Shown: positions 28,275-37,949 of the stretch, one piece after another
How the letters are laid out: every line of letters begins with the position of its first letter
Position numbering within the stretch: the stretch's first letter is position 1
Assembly: GCA_965208105.1 (NCBI GenBank)
Contig: OZ242318.1
Coordinates: forward strand, 1,664,001 to 1,728,000
DNA length: 64,000 bases
From: Candidatus Latescibacterota bacterium
GTDB taxonomy: Bacteria > Latescibacterota > UBA2968 > UBA8231
Direction: 5' to 3'
Position numbers and translations under genes: made by a program
The notes under the pieces: generated by a model
Databases searched by the model: none
Told to the model about the DNA's origin: nothing
Seen by the model: the letters and a program-made list of their open reading frames with translations, nothing else

Positions 28275-29902
28275 GAATCAGCCCCCTCCCCGGATTTGTA
28301 GCGCACCGTCACCTCCAGGTTGCGCAGGATCAGATCGCCCAGTTGCCTCGGGTCGTCCGCCTGCGCCGCGAACTTTTCCCGCCCATCGCGTTTCACCACC
28401 ACCGTCAGCAGGTTCTCGTCCTGCGCGGGCAGGGTATCGCCCTCGAGCCTGGCGTCGATTCGTCCGAAGATCCAGGTGGCCGCGGGGCTGGCCGGCTCCA
28501 GGACCGCCTCCTCCGGCACCGGCACTCCGTTGATCTCGAAGCGCAGGCTGTCGTCCGGCCGCAGGTGCAGAATGCGCACCCTCAGGCGCACTTCCCGCAG
28601 CCATCCTCGCCCTGCGGCGGTCTGGAGATCATCCGCCACCAGGAACGCAACCTCGTTTTCGCCCTCCGCCAACACCAGCGGCAGGTCCTTCGAGGCGATG
28701 AAATGCTTGTCCCCGCGGGCAAGCCGGCCGGGATGGCCGATCTCCTGCAGCATGCTCCAGTTGGCGTGTCCCGGGTCGATGCGCGGCCACCAGTAATAGA
28801 CCCCGTCGACACCCGCCCTTGCGTAGGAGCAGATCTGCGCCCGCAGGATCTCCTGGGTGATCGGGCGCAGGCTCATATCGTCGTGGTTCGGGTTGCGCGT
28901 GCCGGCGAAGACCACACAGGGACAGTCCCGGGCGGCGTCCACGTACTTCCCCATGAAACGGGCCCCTTCGATCGCCGCTACCGGTACGGTGGGCACCACC
29001 ATGTCCACCAGCTCCTCCTTCATCCACCGCACGATATCGGCGCCGTCGGCATACTCGAAGTCCTGGTAGTGCCTGGCGCCGAGGGCGACGTGGAAACGGA
29101 CGATCGCCTCGAGCCTGCGGCCGCGCTCGCGGCCGAAGCGGTCGAGGATGCCGCGGACCTGCCGCATGAAGTCGGTGAGCAACTCCCTTCCCCTGTCGAT
29201 CTCCATCTCTCTGAACAGGTGATAGCTGCGGCAGAAGTTGATCTCCAATCCGTCCAGATCGTAGCGCCCGCAGATCTCCTCGATCTCCGCCAAGCGGTGA
29301 TTGCGCACCTTTTCATGGGCGAAGTCGTTGACCACGACCGGCCCGCGGTCCCGGCGCTTCTGGTCGTGATAACCCAGCATCAGCTCCGGCTGCGACAGCA
29401 GAAAACGGCTTGCCCGGGAGCGCGACCCGCCGTAGTCGAACCACAGGCGGGGGGCGGCGACGTGGGCGTCGTTTATGCGGGTCTTGATGTAGAATTTCTT
29501 GCCGGCGGCATGGACCCTTTCGAGGATCGCCTGGTGCGGATCGAAGCCCACCTCGCGGAAGCGCCGGAAGTTCTCCGCCAGGTTCCACAACCCGCGCGTC
29601 CCCTCCGCCGAAAAGATCTGCTTGTTGCGGTGTGGGAGCGGAAAGCGGTCCAGGACCTCGACGGTATCGGCGATGCACTCCCCCACCCTGGTGTCGTAGA
29701 ACATGAAGTGGGTGCCCTGGCAGATGCGATAGACCAGCGCTTCCACCTCGGTGGACAGCAATGGCTCCACGAAGGTGTCGAGTACGCGCTTTCTGGCCTC
29801 ATCGACGCGGATGTTGGGAGGGCCATCTGCGGAAATGTAGAGCTGGTGAAACCACTGCGCCGCATCTTCCAGGAAGATGTGACGCAATCTGCCGTCGTTC
29901 AC
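28271..29902 (-). CDS. GHL10-like TIM-barrel protein, unknown function
   Basis: RINDAH, DFAHEKVR, YDLDGLEINF, GVDGVYYWWP and DKHF. Paralog of the adjacent gene. Confidence 0.65.
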   Translation of the reverse strand: MNDGRLRHIFLEDAAQWFHQLYISADGPPNIRVDEARKRVLDTFVEPLLSTEVEALVYRICQGTHFMFYDTRVGECIADTVEVLDRFPLPHRNKQIFSAEGTRGLWNLAENFRRFREVGFDPHQAILERVHAAGKKFYIKTRINDAHVAAPRLWFDYGGSRSRASRFLLSQPELMLGYHDQKRRDRGPVVVNDFAHEKVRNHRLAEIEEICGRYDLDGLEINFCRSYHLFREMEIDRGRELLTDFMRQVRGILDRFGRERGRRLEAIVRFHVALGARHYQDFEYADGADIVRWMKEELVDMVVPTVPVAAIEGARFMGKYVDAARDCPCVVFAGTRNPNHDDMSLRPITQEILRAQICSYARAGVDGVYYWWPRIDPGHANWSMLQEIGHPGRLARGDKHFIASKDLPLVLAEGENEVAFLVADDLQTAAGRGWLREVRLRVRILHLRPDDSLRFEINGVPVPEEAVLEPASPAATWIFGRIDARLEGDTLPAQDENLLTVVVKRDGREKFAAQADDPRQLGDLILRNLEVTVRYKSGEGADS

Positions 29903-30115
29903 TCCTCTGCTCTCCTTTGCATCGCGATCAGGGTTGCGGGGGTAGCGGTAGCGCCCGCCTCCGCCCGCTCACCTTGCGAGGACCATACCGCCACCGCATT
30001 TCGAGACAACCACTGCTGCTCCTTGCTCCTTCAAAGCACTCCCGTTAGAATGAGTCGAAGCGGAATCCAGCGCATCCATCGCAAAGATGTATCGCCTGCC
30101 CACGCCGGTCAACTG

Positions 30116-30254
30116 CGCAGTTGTCGGTCTCCGTTTCCCGGTACCCGCCGATGCGAAGCTGCACCTTCTCCAGCGCCGGTCCTTCCTTGCCGCAGGCCAA
30201 GAGGAAGCCCGGGACCTGGTAGGAGGCCATGGCCCAGCCGTAGAAATTGTCCGA
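30116..30254 (-). pseudogene. Decayed 139-bp internal fragment of the NAD-dependent epimerase gene (copy of 35753-35891)
   Basis: Ungapped alignment with 15 mismatches in 139 nt by hand count. Catalytic YGWAK has become YGWAM. Confidence 0.85.
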
Positions 30255-30269
30255 TTGAGAGGTGCAGCG

Positions 30270-32285
30270 CTACCGGCTTTTGAGGGCGTCGATGCGGAGG
30301 GAGGCTGCGCTCGCGTAGCCGGATTCGAGGAATCCATCCGCCTTGAATTGAATGACACCGCTTCGGTCCAGGTACAGGGTCGTCGGATAGCCGCGGATCT
30401 CGAAGTCCAGCGCAAGTCCCTTTTCATCGAGAAGGACGGGAAATGTGTATCCGTGCTCCTCCAGCAGCTCCGCCACCTCCTCCCGGGGAGACCCCGCTGT
30501 GGCGACGGTGAGGAACACCACGTCTTCGTCGTCCTCGTAAGTCTTGAGCAACTCGACGAAGTGGGGAAACTCCGCCAGGCAGGGACCGCACCAGGTCGCC
30601 CAGAACTTGAGCACGACGATTCTTCCGGCCAGGTCGTTCAGACGCCATTCGAAGCCACTCTGATCTTCGATGGCGAATTCCGGAGCCTCGCGTTGGAGAC
30701 GGCCGCCGAGTTCCTTGCGCTCCATCTCCTTCTTCACCGCAGGGCGGCGGTGGGCGAGCCGTTCATCGATGGATTCGAGGGGCAATCCGGCGGCCTCGGC
30801 AGCTTCCTCCGCGAGGGGACGGAACCCGGACCCGCCAAAGGAGATGGCCTCCACCAAGGCCTCCAGAGCCTCCGCGGGCCGGTCCAGGCGGAGGAGGTGG
30901 CGTCCATATTCCCCCAGCGTCGCGCTTCCTCTCGATTGGTTGGCAAGCTCCTCGAAGAGCCTTCCCGCCGCTTCGGATTCACCCATCTGGGTGAGCGCAC
31001 GAGCCTGGGAGATGCGGGCCAGGTCGACGGCCTTCTGCCGCTCTTTGTCGCGCTTGTCGCCGCGGTAGGCGGCGAACAGATAGCCCGGACGATCCTCCCT
31101 CAGGGCCTTCTCCACAGCGATGGCTTTCTCGAGCACGGCGCGGGGCCGAATCCCGAAATAGAGGAGGCTGTTGAGCGCGGAGACCTGGCGCCCGTTCTGC
31201 CAGCGGATCACCTCCATCGCGGCATCGAACAACGGAACGGCGATTTCCCCATCGAGGGCTGGACCGGGCGGCTCGGCGGCCACTCGAACGGGTCCGTCCA
31301 GCGCCTGCCTGAACGAACGGTCGGGGGCCAACGGGGCCAGCGCCTGCTCCAGGATCGCCATGTAGCGTCTCTTCACCCAGACGCCGCGGCGACCCAGGTC
31401 CGCCGTCTTCAAGCCTTCGTCCACGATCTGGAGCGCCGCCTGCGGCGAAGCGTCTGCGGCTGAGCCGAACAGCCTGTTCCCAAATTTCATGGAGAGATTC
31501 CAGTGGCGCAGTTCGTCGGCCAGAATCCCGCGGTCAGGAGCAGCCTCCAGGCGCCCGAGCCAGCTGTCCGCCTCCTTCTTCCGGCCAAGCATCTCATAGC
31601 CGGCCGCCAGTCGATACAGCAACGTCGCCTCAATGGCGGAGTCTCCCTGTTGCAGCATCGCGAGGCCGTCAAGGGCCGTCCCTATGGAATCCCGCATGGT
31701 TTGGCTTCGGTCCCCTGCTTCCAGGTTGGCGAGCCTGACCCGCAACGACTCCATGTGATGGAGCAGCACGTGGTCGCCTGGCCGCGACCTCTCCAATTCG
31801 ACAAGGATGGCGCCGTAGGCCTCAAGTTCTCCGAGGTCCACCGCCACCGCTTCCGCGTTGCTGTAAATCCCGGGAAGCCGGCTCCCCTTGCGCAGCGCCT
31901 CGGGAAGGACGCGCAGCAGCTCCTCCCCATATCTCCGGTTGCTCTCGACGGAGCAAGCCCACCGCAATGCCATGATGTATCCATCCCACGCGACGGGATC
32001 TTCGGGTTCCAGTTGGAGGACGCGCTCCCAGGCGCGGACGGACTTCGCATACAGACTGAAGTAAGCAGATAGGGTTGCCAAACGGCGATGGGCCTCGGCG
32101 ACCGCAGGATTCAGGCTGCGAGCAGTGTCGTAGCGGGCCATGGCGCGCTCAAACCGCACGGCCTCCACGTCCGCAGCTGCGTCCGCCATCAGTTCGAGGT
32201 GCGGGCGCCCGGGGTCGCAGCCTGCAACAACCGCCATGCCTGCCCATGAAACAGCCATGAACCTTTTCTTCGCACAAAAGACCAT
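30270..32285 (-). CDS. TPR-repeat lipoprotein with C-terminal TlpA/redoxin domain
   Basis: Lipobox VVAGC, TPR-like helices, APEF, VVLKFWATWCGPCLAEFP and GYPTTLYLDRSG. Confidence 0.85.
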   Translation of the reverse strand: MVFCAKKRFMAVSWAGMAVVAGCDPGRPHLELMADAAADVEAVRFERAMARYDTARSLNPAVAEAHRRLATLSAYFSLYAKSVRAWERVLQLEPEDPVAWDGYIMALRWACSVESNRRYGEELLRVLPEALRKGSRLPGIYSNAEAVAVDLGELEAYGAILVELERSRPGDHVLLHHMESLRVRLANLEAGDRSQTMRDSIGTALDGLAMLQQGDSAIEATLLYRLAAGYEMLGRKKEADSWLGRLEAAPDRGILADELRHWNLSMKFGNRLFGSAADASPQAALQIVDEGLKTADLGRRGVWVKRRYMAILEQALAPLAPDRSFRQALDGPVRVAAEPPGPALDGEIAVPLFDAAMEVIRWQNGRQVSALNSLLYFGIRPRAVLEKAIAVEKALREDRPGYLFAAYRGDKRDKERQKAVDLARISQARALTQMGESEAAGRLFEELANQSRGSATLGEYGRHLLRLDRPAEALEALVEAISFGGSGFRPLAEEAAEAAGLPLESIDERLAHRRPAVKKEMERKELGGRLQREAPEFAIEDQSGFEWRLNDLAGRIVVLKFWATWCGPCLAEFPHFVELLKTYEDDEDVVFLTVATAGSPREEVAELLEEHGYTFPVLLDEKGLALDFEIRGYPTTLYLDRSGVIQFKADGFLESGYASAASLRIDALKSR

Positions 32286-32306
32286 TTGGCTCCCGGGTAA
32301 AAACCT

Positions 32307-35261
32307 TTATAACAACGGTCCGAACTCGGTAAACCCGGTCAAGACCCGCACAAAGAACGACCAGGTATCATACTCCTCCCCCTGCCGCAACCGATCGTCG
32401 TAGTCCAGGCTGTCCCCTTTGAGACCTATGATGGTGTGAAGATCGTATCCGCGGTAGGCGGAGCGGTTGGCAAGGGTGGCAAAGGCGGTGCGGCGCTCGA
32501 GATTGTCGCGGTTCCGTACCCGGTCATGTCTTCTGTAGGGCAGTGCACCCAAACCTTGCAAGCCAACCCTCAAGGTGGTGCGTCGGAAAATGGGATACTT
32601 GATGCGCAGGATGGGGATCAGACTGAGCTCCGAGCGCAGGGCCCGGGGTGCATAGGTACCGGTAACCAGGCGGTCCGCATCCTGGTCCACGTGATGCAGG
32701 AGCAGGACTTTGCACTGCGGCCGAACCGTGAGGTTTCCCCAAATGACAGTGTACTCGGCCCGTTGAACCAAAGTCCAGTAGTCCAGCCTTCTGGCGCGCT
32801 GATCCTCTTGACCCTGTTGCCAGTTGACCCGAAGCCTCCACTTGTTCACCCACCGCAGGGCGGACCACGGCTGCAGCTCCGCTTCGAGATAGATCTCGTT
32901 GACGTAGCTATCCCGATAGGACAGGGGATCTGCCTGAATCTGACTAATGAAGGTTCGAGGGGTATTGTCATCTGGTAAAGTGGGATTCTGCGGTTGCTCA
33001 ACCAGAATAGCGAACTCATCGGCAATATCGTCCTCAACTCGCCGCATATAGTTTTCAAGGAGGAGACGCCAGCGCTCCCTGGTGTCCCGGCCGCGGAAGG
33101 TCAGCAGGGCATAGCTGGAGCGATTGCGCCCGTCACCGGCGACCTCCTCCACCGCAAAACGGCCGGCAGTTGCTGACCACCCGGATCTCGGTCCGACCTG
33201 CAGGAAGAGATGATACCCCCGCTGGCCGGGGAAATAGGGGTAGTCTGGACGGAGATCGTCTTCGCGGAAATCCGGCTCGTCGTTGTGGTTGCGATCCAAC
33301 CCGTAGACATACTCGTTCGGTTCCACCTCGAACATGAGAAATGGCTCTTCGTAGTCGGGTATGCGGTTGAAGTTGCGATTGGTGTCGGGAATACCGTCGC
33401 GGTCCTCGTCGCGGCCGGGGAAAACCCCGTCCGGATCGGTCGCTTCAAAATCAGGCACATGGCCAAGGGGCTGACCCATGCGCGTATCGGTGAAGCGGTC
33501 GCCGTCGTCGTTGTCCTGCACAAGCTGCCAGTACAGGGTGCGATTTCTCACTCCCTGTAGATGAATTGGAAAAAAGTCGGCCCCGGTGGGAAGATGGTGG
33601 CGGAGCTCGGTAGTGAAATCCGGCTGAATCGAGAAGTACTCCAGCCCCACGCGGCCGCGGTCCAACCTGCGAGCAGCATTTACGAAGTAGGCAGCCCCCG
33701 TTTCTCTGGAGCGGGATCCCTTTTCAAAAAAAGGCTTCTGCTCGACTTCGGCCGGATAGCGGGAGTAGCGCCGCGAGCGGGCCACCTCTCCGTGCACTTC
33801 CATACCCACAAGGCTCAGGTGGGCATCGGCGCTGTAGGTAAACAGGGCGGTATTTTCGCCCACCTCCAGTCGCACCCGTTGCAAATTGGAGCGGTCCTGC
33901 ACATTGCCCTTTGCCCGCAGCGCCGTGTGGTAATAGGTGGTATTGAACTGGGCGTAGCGCTTGCGGGCGCGAGGGTCCTCGTCGATCAAGGTGGCCACGT
34001 CCACCTTGTAGTCGTTGGACAGGACGACCTCCAGCTCCACCGATTCGACGAAGGGCTCCCGGGAAATGTCGAAGAGGTAGACGAGCTGGTCGTTTCCGTC
34101 GGCCTGCAGAACCTCGTCGGATGACTCAACTCGAAACAACTCGATCAAACTCTCCAGGTTCGTATCCGCGCTCACGTTTTCACCGTGCAGGTGGTCGATG
34201 CGGTAGAGATAGTCGGCGTACAAAGGCACTTCCCGGTTACGGTAGAAAAGGGAGGACTCAGTTTCACCCACGCTGCGAAACTGGTGGTAGGGAAAGGCGC
34301 GGAATTCACCAGTAGCTTGAGACACGGTTCCAACCTGGGAAGGGACGCCTGCCCGATGGCGAATCACCCGAGCCTGGAGGTCGGACCGCGGAACGCCGTT
34401 GACGATTAGCACGGGTTCCTGGACGACGGCTCCGCCGCGGCCGTCATCAGGGGAGTCGTCGGTAAATCGAAAGAGGACCCATCCGATGAGAGGCTGGCTG
34501 GGCCGTAACACGCCTTTCAAGGTGTTGCCGCTCGCGGTGCTGCGGAACATGTGCAGGTTGACGCCGGTAATTCCCAGTTGCAGTCTGCCCAGGTTTCCCT
34601 GCAAACGGCCTCCCAACAGCAGCGGGGAGGCGTCCGCAAACTCGGTGTTTTCGATGTACCAATTGGCACGTGCTACGCTATACCCCGGACGCTCCGGCCG
34701 GGAACCCAGCAAGGTGGCTTGGAGGGAGGGTGTGGCCAGGTCCACGCGCACCCCATCGAAATCGACCTTGGACAGGGTCAGCGGGGAGAAACGCGCAATT
34801 AGTGCATCTCCCAAAATTGCACTATAACCCCACGAACCCCGACTGTCCCGGGCAACAACAAGGTCGCCAAAAGCGTGCAAAAATACCCGGTAGTGTTTGA
34901 AGATCGAGCTGCCGTAGATATTGCCTCCGGCGGATGCTGCTTCTGGACCGCGCCGCTCGGTCCAGGCATAGAGATCATACCCGGTGGTGAGATAATCTCC
35001 CATGGAACTGTAAATGACTCGCGGCGCGTCGGAGTAGATCGTCCCGTCGGATCGGAACGCGGTGTGTCCCGGGTAGTTGGTGTAGGGCTGAAAGGCGAAG
35101 TTGCGATAGGAGGGAAGGGATGCCCTCAGGTAGAATTGCCGCGGCATTACCTCTGACAGGTGCACTTGTTGAGGTGGAGAAGCCCCGACCAGGATTGGAA
35201 AACAGACGAGGATGAGGAGGAATTGCCCAGCTGGGAGCAGTTTCGAGTTTTTTTCAATCAT
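32307..35261 (-). CDS. Large exported protein, uncharacterised ~1000-aa family, paralog A (most diverged)
   Basis: Signal-like N-terminus, shared blocks RFSPLTLSK, DNDDGDRF, DRNHNDEPD and YRDSYVNE, C-terminus FFVRVLTGFTEFGPLL. Confidence 0.85.
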   Translation of the reverse strand: MIEKNSKLLPAGQFLLILVCFPILVGASPPQQVHLSEVMPRQFYLRASLPSYRNFAFQPYTNYPGHTAFRSDGTIYSDAPRVIYSSMGDYLTTGYDLYAWTERRGPEAASAGGNIYGSSIFKHYRVFLHAFGDLVVARDSRGSWGYSAILGDALIARFSPLTLSKVDFDGVRVDLATPSLQATLLGSRPERPGYSVARANWYIENTEFADASPLLLGGRLQGNLGRLQLGITGVNLHMFRSTASGNTLKGVLRPSQPLIGWVLFRFTDDSPDDGRGGAVVQEPVLIVNGVPRSDLQARVIRHRAGVPSQVGTVSQATGEFRAFPYHQFRSVGETESSLFYRNREVPLYADYLYRIDHLHGENVSADTNLESLIELFRVESSDEVLQADGNDQLVYLFDISREPFVESVELEVVLSNDYKVDVATLIDEDPRARKRYAQFNTTYYHTALRAKGNVQDRSNLQRVRLEVGENTALFTYSADAHLSLVGMEVHGEVARSRRYSRYPAEVEQKPFFEKGSRSRETGAAYFVNAARRLDRGRVGLEYFSIQPDFTTELRHHLPTGADFFPIHLQGVRNRTLYWQLVQDNDDGDRFTDTRMGQPLGHVPDFEATDPDGVFPGRDEDRDGIPDTNRNFNRIPDYEEPFLMFEVEPNEYVYGLDRNHNDEPDFREDDLRPDYPYFPGQRGYHLFLQVGPRSGWSATAGRFAVEEVAGDGRNRSSYALLTFRGRDTRERWRLLLENYMRRVEDDIADEFAILVEQPQNPTLPDDNTPRTFISQIQADPLSYRDSYVNEIYLEAELQPWSALRWVNKWRLRVNWQQGQEDQRARRLDYWTLVQRAEYTVIWGNLTVRPQCKVLLLHHVDQDADRLVTGTYAPRALRSELSLIPILRIKYPIFRRTTLRVGLQGLGALPYRRHDRVRNRDNLERRTAFATLANRSAYRGYDLHTIIGLKGDSLDYDDRLRQGEEYDTWSFFVRVLTGFTEFGPLL

Positions 35262-35355
35262 CAGGAGTGCCGGCCTTTACCCCGGATGCCAAGAAGCAAC
35301 TCAGTGCAAAACCCCAGGAGCCTAACTTCCTGCCGCGGAAAAAATAGCAATTGTC

Positions 35356-35384
35356 AAAATAATTTTAAACTGTTCCCATGTCAA
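35356..35384 (-). promoter_or_regulatory. Sigma70-type promoter upstream of paralog A
   Basis: TTGACA-N17-TATTTT in an AT-rich intergenic patch about 95 bp upstream of the start. Confidence 0.6.
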
Positions 35385-35480
35385 TAAAAACGGAACTTGC
35401 CCCTGGTGTGTTGCGATCCCCTTCAAAATTCACTCCAAACTATAACATCTTCTCGGAGGCAGCTGATTCCCGAACCCTGT

Positions 35481-36314
35481 TCATCCCCCCGCCGCCCGGA
35501 TGATCTCCGCGACCCTGTCGGCGAAGCGCAGCTGGCTGTCGTCCTCCGGCGCGTAGCCGATCACGCGGCGGGCATTGGCCAGGCTCCAGAAGTTGTGGGC
35601 GTTGCCGCTGATGCCGTAGAAGATCTGGAAGGGCACGCCGTCGGGGTCGCGGATGTCCTCGGTCTCAATGCTCCTGACCACCAGTTGCACCTGGTCGCGC
35701 ACGCTGAGGTAGGCCCCCAGGCCGCGGTGCATCTTCTGCAGATCCCCGGGGTCGCAGTTGTCCATGTCCGTTTCCCGGGGACCGCCGATGCGCAGCTGCA
35801 CGTTCTCCAGCGCCGGCCCTTCCTTGCCGCAGGCAAAGAGGAAGCCCAGGAGCTCGTAGGAGGCCTTGGCCCAGCCGTAGAAGTTGTCCGACCGGGGCAG
35901 CATGCCGGGGGTGACGAAGTCCAGCCGCCCCGACCAGATCAGGTTCTCGTAGTAGTCGGCGGCGTGGTTGGAGCTGATGATCACCGCCCGCCGCACGCCC
36001 TCCTCCTGGCACACCCGGTAGACGTTGTGGGCCATGGTGATATTGTCGGACTCGGTCCAGAAGCGCTGCTTACCTTCGGCGCTGCGGACGAAGCCGCAGT
36101 GGACCACGGCGTCGGCTCCGCTGAAGTAGCGGCGGTAGGCGTCGCGGTCGCGCTCCAGCAGGTCGACGGTCTGAATTCTCCTCACTTCCCGTCCTTCGCG
36201 GTCGGTCCTTTTCACGTCCAGAAGCACGGTATCGTAGCGCTCCTGCAGTGCCGGCAGCATGCGTCCGGCGACGTAGCCCGCGGCTCCGGTGACGACGATT
36301 GTGCGCTTTTTCAT
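35481..36314 (-). CDS. NAD-dependent epimerase/dehydratase (uronate dehydrogenase-like SDR)
   Basis: VVTGAAGYVA, SSNHA, YGWAK (YxxxK), LRIG, YLSVRD and IGYAPEDDS. Start at ATG 36314. Confidence 0.88.
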   Translation of the reverse strand: MKKRTIVVTGAAGYVAGRMLPALQERYDTVLLDVKRTDREGREVRRIQTVDLLERDRDAYRRYFSGADAVVHCGFVRSAEGKQRFWTESDNITMAHNVYRVCQEEGVRRAVIISSNHAADYYENLIWSGRLDFVTPGMLPRSDNFYGWAKASYELLGFLFACGKEGPALENVQLRIGGPRETDMDNCDPGDLQKMHRGLGAYLSVRDQVQLVVRSIETEDIRDPDGVPFQIFYGISGNAHNFWSLANARRVIGYAPEDDSQLRFADRVAEIIRAAGG

Positions 36315-36527
36315 GGTCTCCACCTCGATTGGGGGTTTGAGTTGAAGGTTGCGATGCGCCGGCGTCCCTGCCGGCAGGGACGCAGCCCTTTCAGCCAGCC
36401 GCATGTCCGTACGCCCCGGAAAACAGAGGCCTGCGGTGCGTCGCCGGCCCTGGCGCCCCAGCTTTCCAACACCGCCCAGGCGCCTTATCATTCAGATATT
36501 GAAGAATATACCAATCAGGGGAGCCCC

Positions 36528-37949
36528 TTGAACATCCGCCTCAAAAGATCCCACCTTCTGGTTCTGCTTTTGGCGGCTGCCTGCGCCGCCGCCCTCGTCC
36601 TGCTCAGGCCCTCCCCGCCGGCAACTCCCCCCGAGCTGCCCCAGGTCCTGCTGGGGAAGGACCCCGGCGTGGTCGCCCTGGTCGAAAAGGTCCTGGCCGA
36701 GGTGGCCGCCGATCCCAGCAACCCGGAGCTGCGCATGCGCCTGGGCTACGCCTACGAGGCCAATTTCCTCGACTCCCTCGCCCTGCTGAGCTATGAGCAG
36801 GCCCTTGCCTCCGATGCCGCCAGGCCCCGCTGGTGGTACCGCCTGGCCAGGGTCAAGACCCGGCTGGGGGACCGTTCCGGGGCCGTTGCCGCCGCCGAGC
36901 GCGCCGCCGCCTTGCATGCCGATCACGCGCCCCTGCACTGGCGCCTGGGATTCTGGTACCTGGACCAGGGCCAGCTCGAGAAGGCCCGAAGCTCCTTCGA
37001 CCGCGCCAGTGCCCTGAAGCCCGACGCCGCCCCCGGGCACTGGGGGCTCGCCCGGGTCATGCTGCAGAGCCGCCGCCCCGAGCGCGCCGCGGCCATCCTA
37101 GAAGCCCTTTTGGAGCGAAGGCCCGACGACGCCTACGCCCGCCTGCTCCTGGGGACCGCCTACCGCCAAATGGGGCGGCCGGGGGATGCCAGGCTCGAGC
37201 TCGAGCGCGGCGCCGGCGCATCCCCCAGGTGGCGCGACGCCTGGGACGAGGAGATGGACAGCTACCGGCAGGGGCTGGTGGTGGAGCTGGGCAAGGCAAC
37301 CCGCCTCGCCGACGAAGGCCGGCCCGACGCGGCCATCCCCATTATGGAGGAGCTGTGCAGGAAGTACCCCCAGGACCCGCGCCTCTTCGACAGGCTCGGC
37401 GGCCTCTACCTCGAAACGCAGCGCTACAAGCAGGCCCTGTCCACCTTCGAGGAGGGGCTTAGACACCATCCAGACAATGCCTGGTTCCACCTGAAATCGG
37501 GAGCCCTGCAGGCGGAGATGGGCAATCATGCCGAGGCCCTGGGGAGCCTGGACCGGGCGGTCGCCCTCGACTCCACCCTGGGTGCGGCGCACCAGAGACG
37601 GGGCCGGGTTCTGATGGAGACGCGGCGCCACGCCGAAGCCGCCGAAGCCTTCGCCCGGGCCCTGCGCCAAGATCCCCGCAACGCCACCCTCCACCTGGAG
37701 CTGGGCCTGGCCCGCTACGAGCTCGGGCAGTTCGCCGCCGGGCTGGTCAATTTGCGCCGCGCGGTGGAGCTCGACTCGACCCGCGCCCGGACCTTCGTCG
37801 CCCTGGGCCTGACCCAGGCGAGGCTGGGCGCCCTCGACGGCGCCCAGCGGTCGCTGCGGCGCGCCGCCGCCCTCGAACCCCATTTCCCCCGGTTGGGAGC
37901 CTACCAGGACCAGGTGCGGGAGATGCGAAGCCAGGGGAGCGATCCGTGA
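36528..37949 (+). CDS. Tetratricopeptide repeat protein with N-terminal membrane anchor
   Basis: TTG start after GGGGAG, hydrophobic N-terminus, many TPR units (e.g. LHWRLGFWYLDQGQLEKARSSF). The track's 35397 start is an antisense overlap of the epimerase. Confidence 0.85.
   Translation: MNIRLKRSHLLVLLLAAACAAALVLLRPSPPATPPELPQVLLGKDPGVVALVEKVLAEVAADPSNPELRMRLGYAYEANFLDSLALLSYEQALASDAARPRWWYRLARVKTRLGDRSGAVAAAERAAALHADHAPLHWRLGFWYLDQGQLEKARSSFDRASALKPDAAPGHWGLARVMLQSRRPERAAAILEALLERRPDDAYARLLLGTAYRQMGRPGDARLELERGAGASPRWRDAWDEEMDSYRQGLVVELGKATRLADEGRPDAAIPIMEELCRKYPQDPRLFDRLGGLYLETQRYKQALSTFEEGLRHHPDNAWFHLKSGALQAEMGNHAEALGSLDRAVALDSTLGAAHQRRGRVLMETRRHAEAAEAFARALRQDPRNATLHLELGLARYELGQFAAGLVNLRRAVELDSTRARTFVALGLTQARLGALDGAQRSLRRAAALEPHFPRLGAYQDQVREMRSQGSDP

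Noticed and set aside
30116-35891. The 139-bp repeat pair as a diversity-generating retroelement TR/VR
   Set aside because: Mismatches are not adenine-specific on either strand or either copy, the target is an SDR core, and no reverse transcriptase is present.
35397-36527. N-terminal 377 aa of the 850-aa ORF as a fusion
   Set aside because: It is antisense to the epimerase. The TPR gene has its own RBS and TTG start at 36528.
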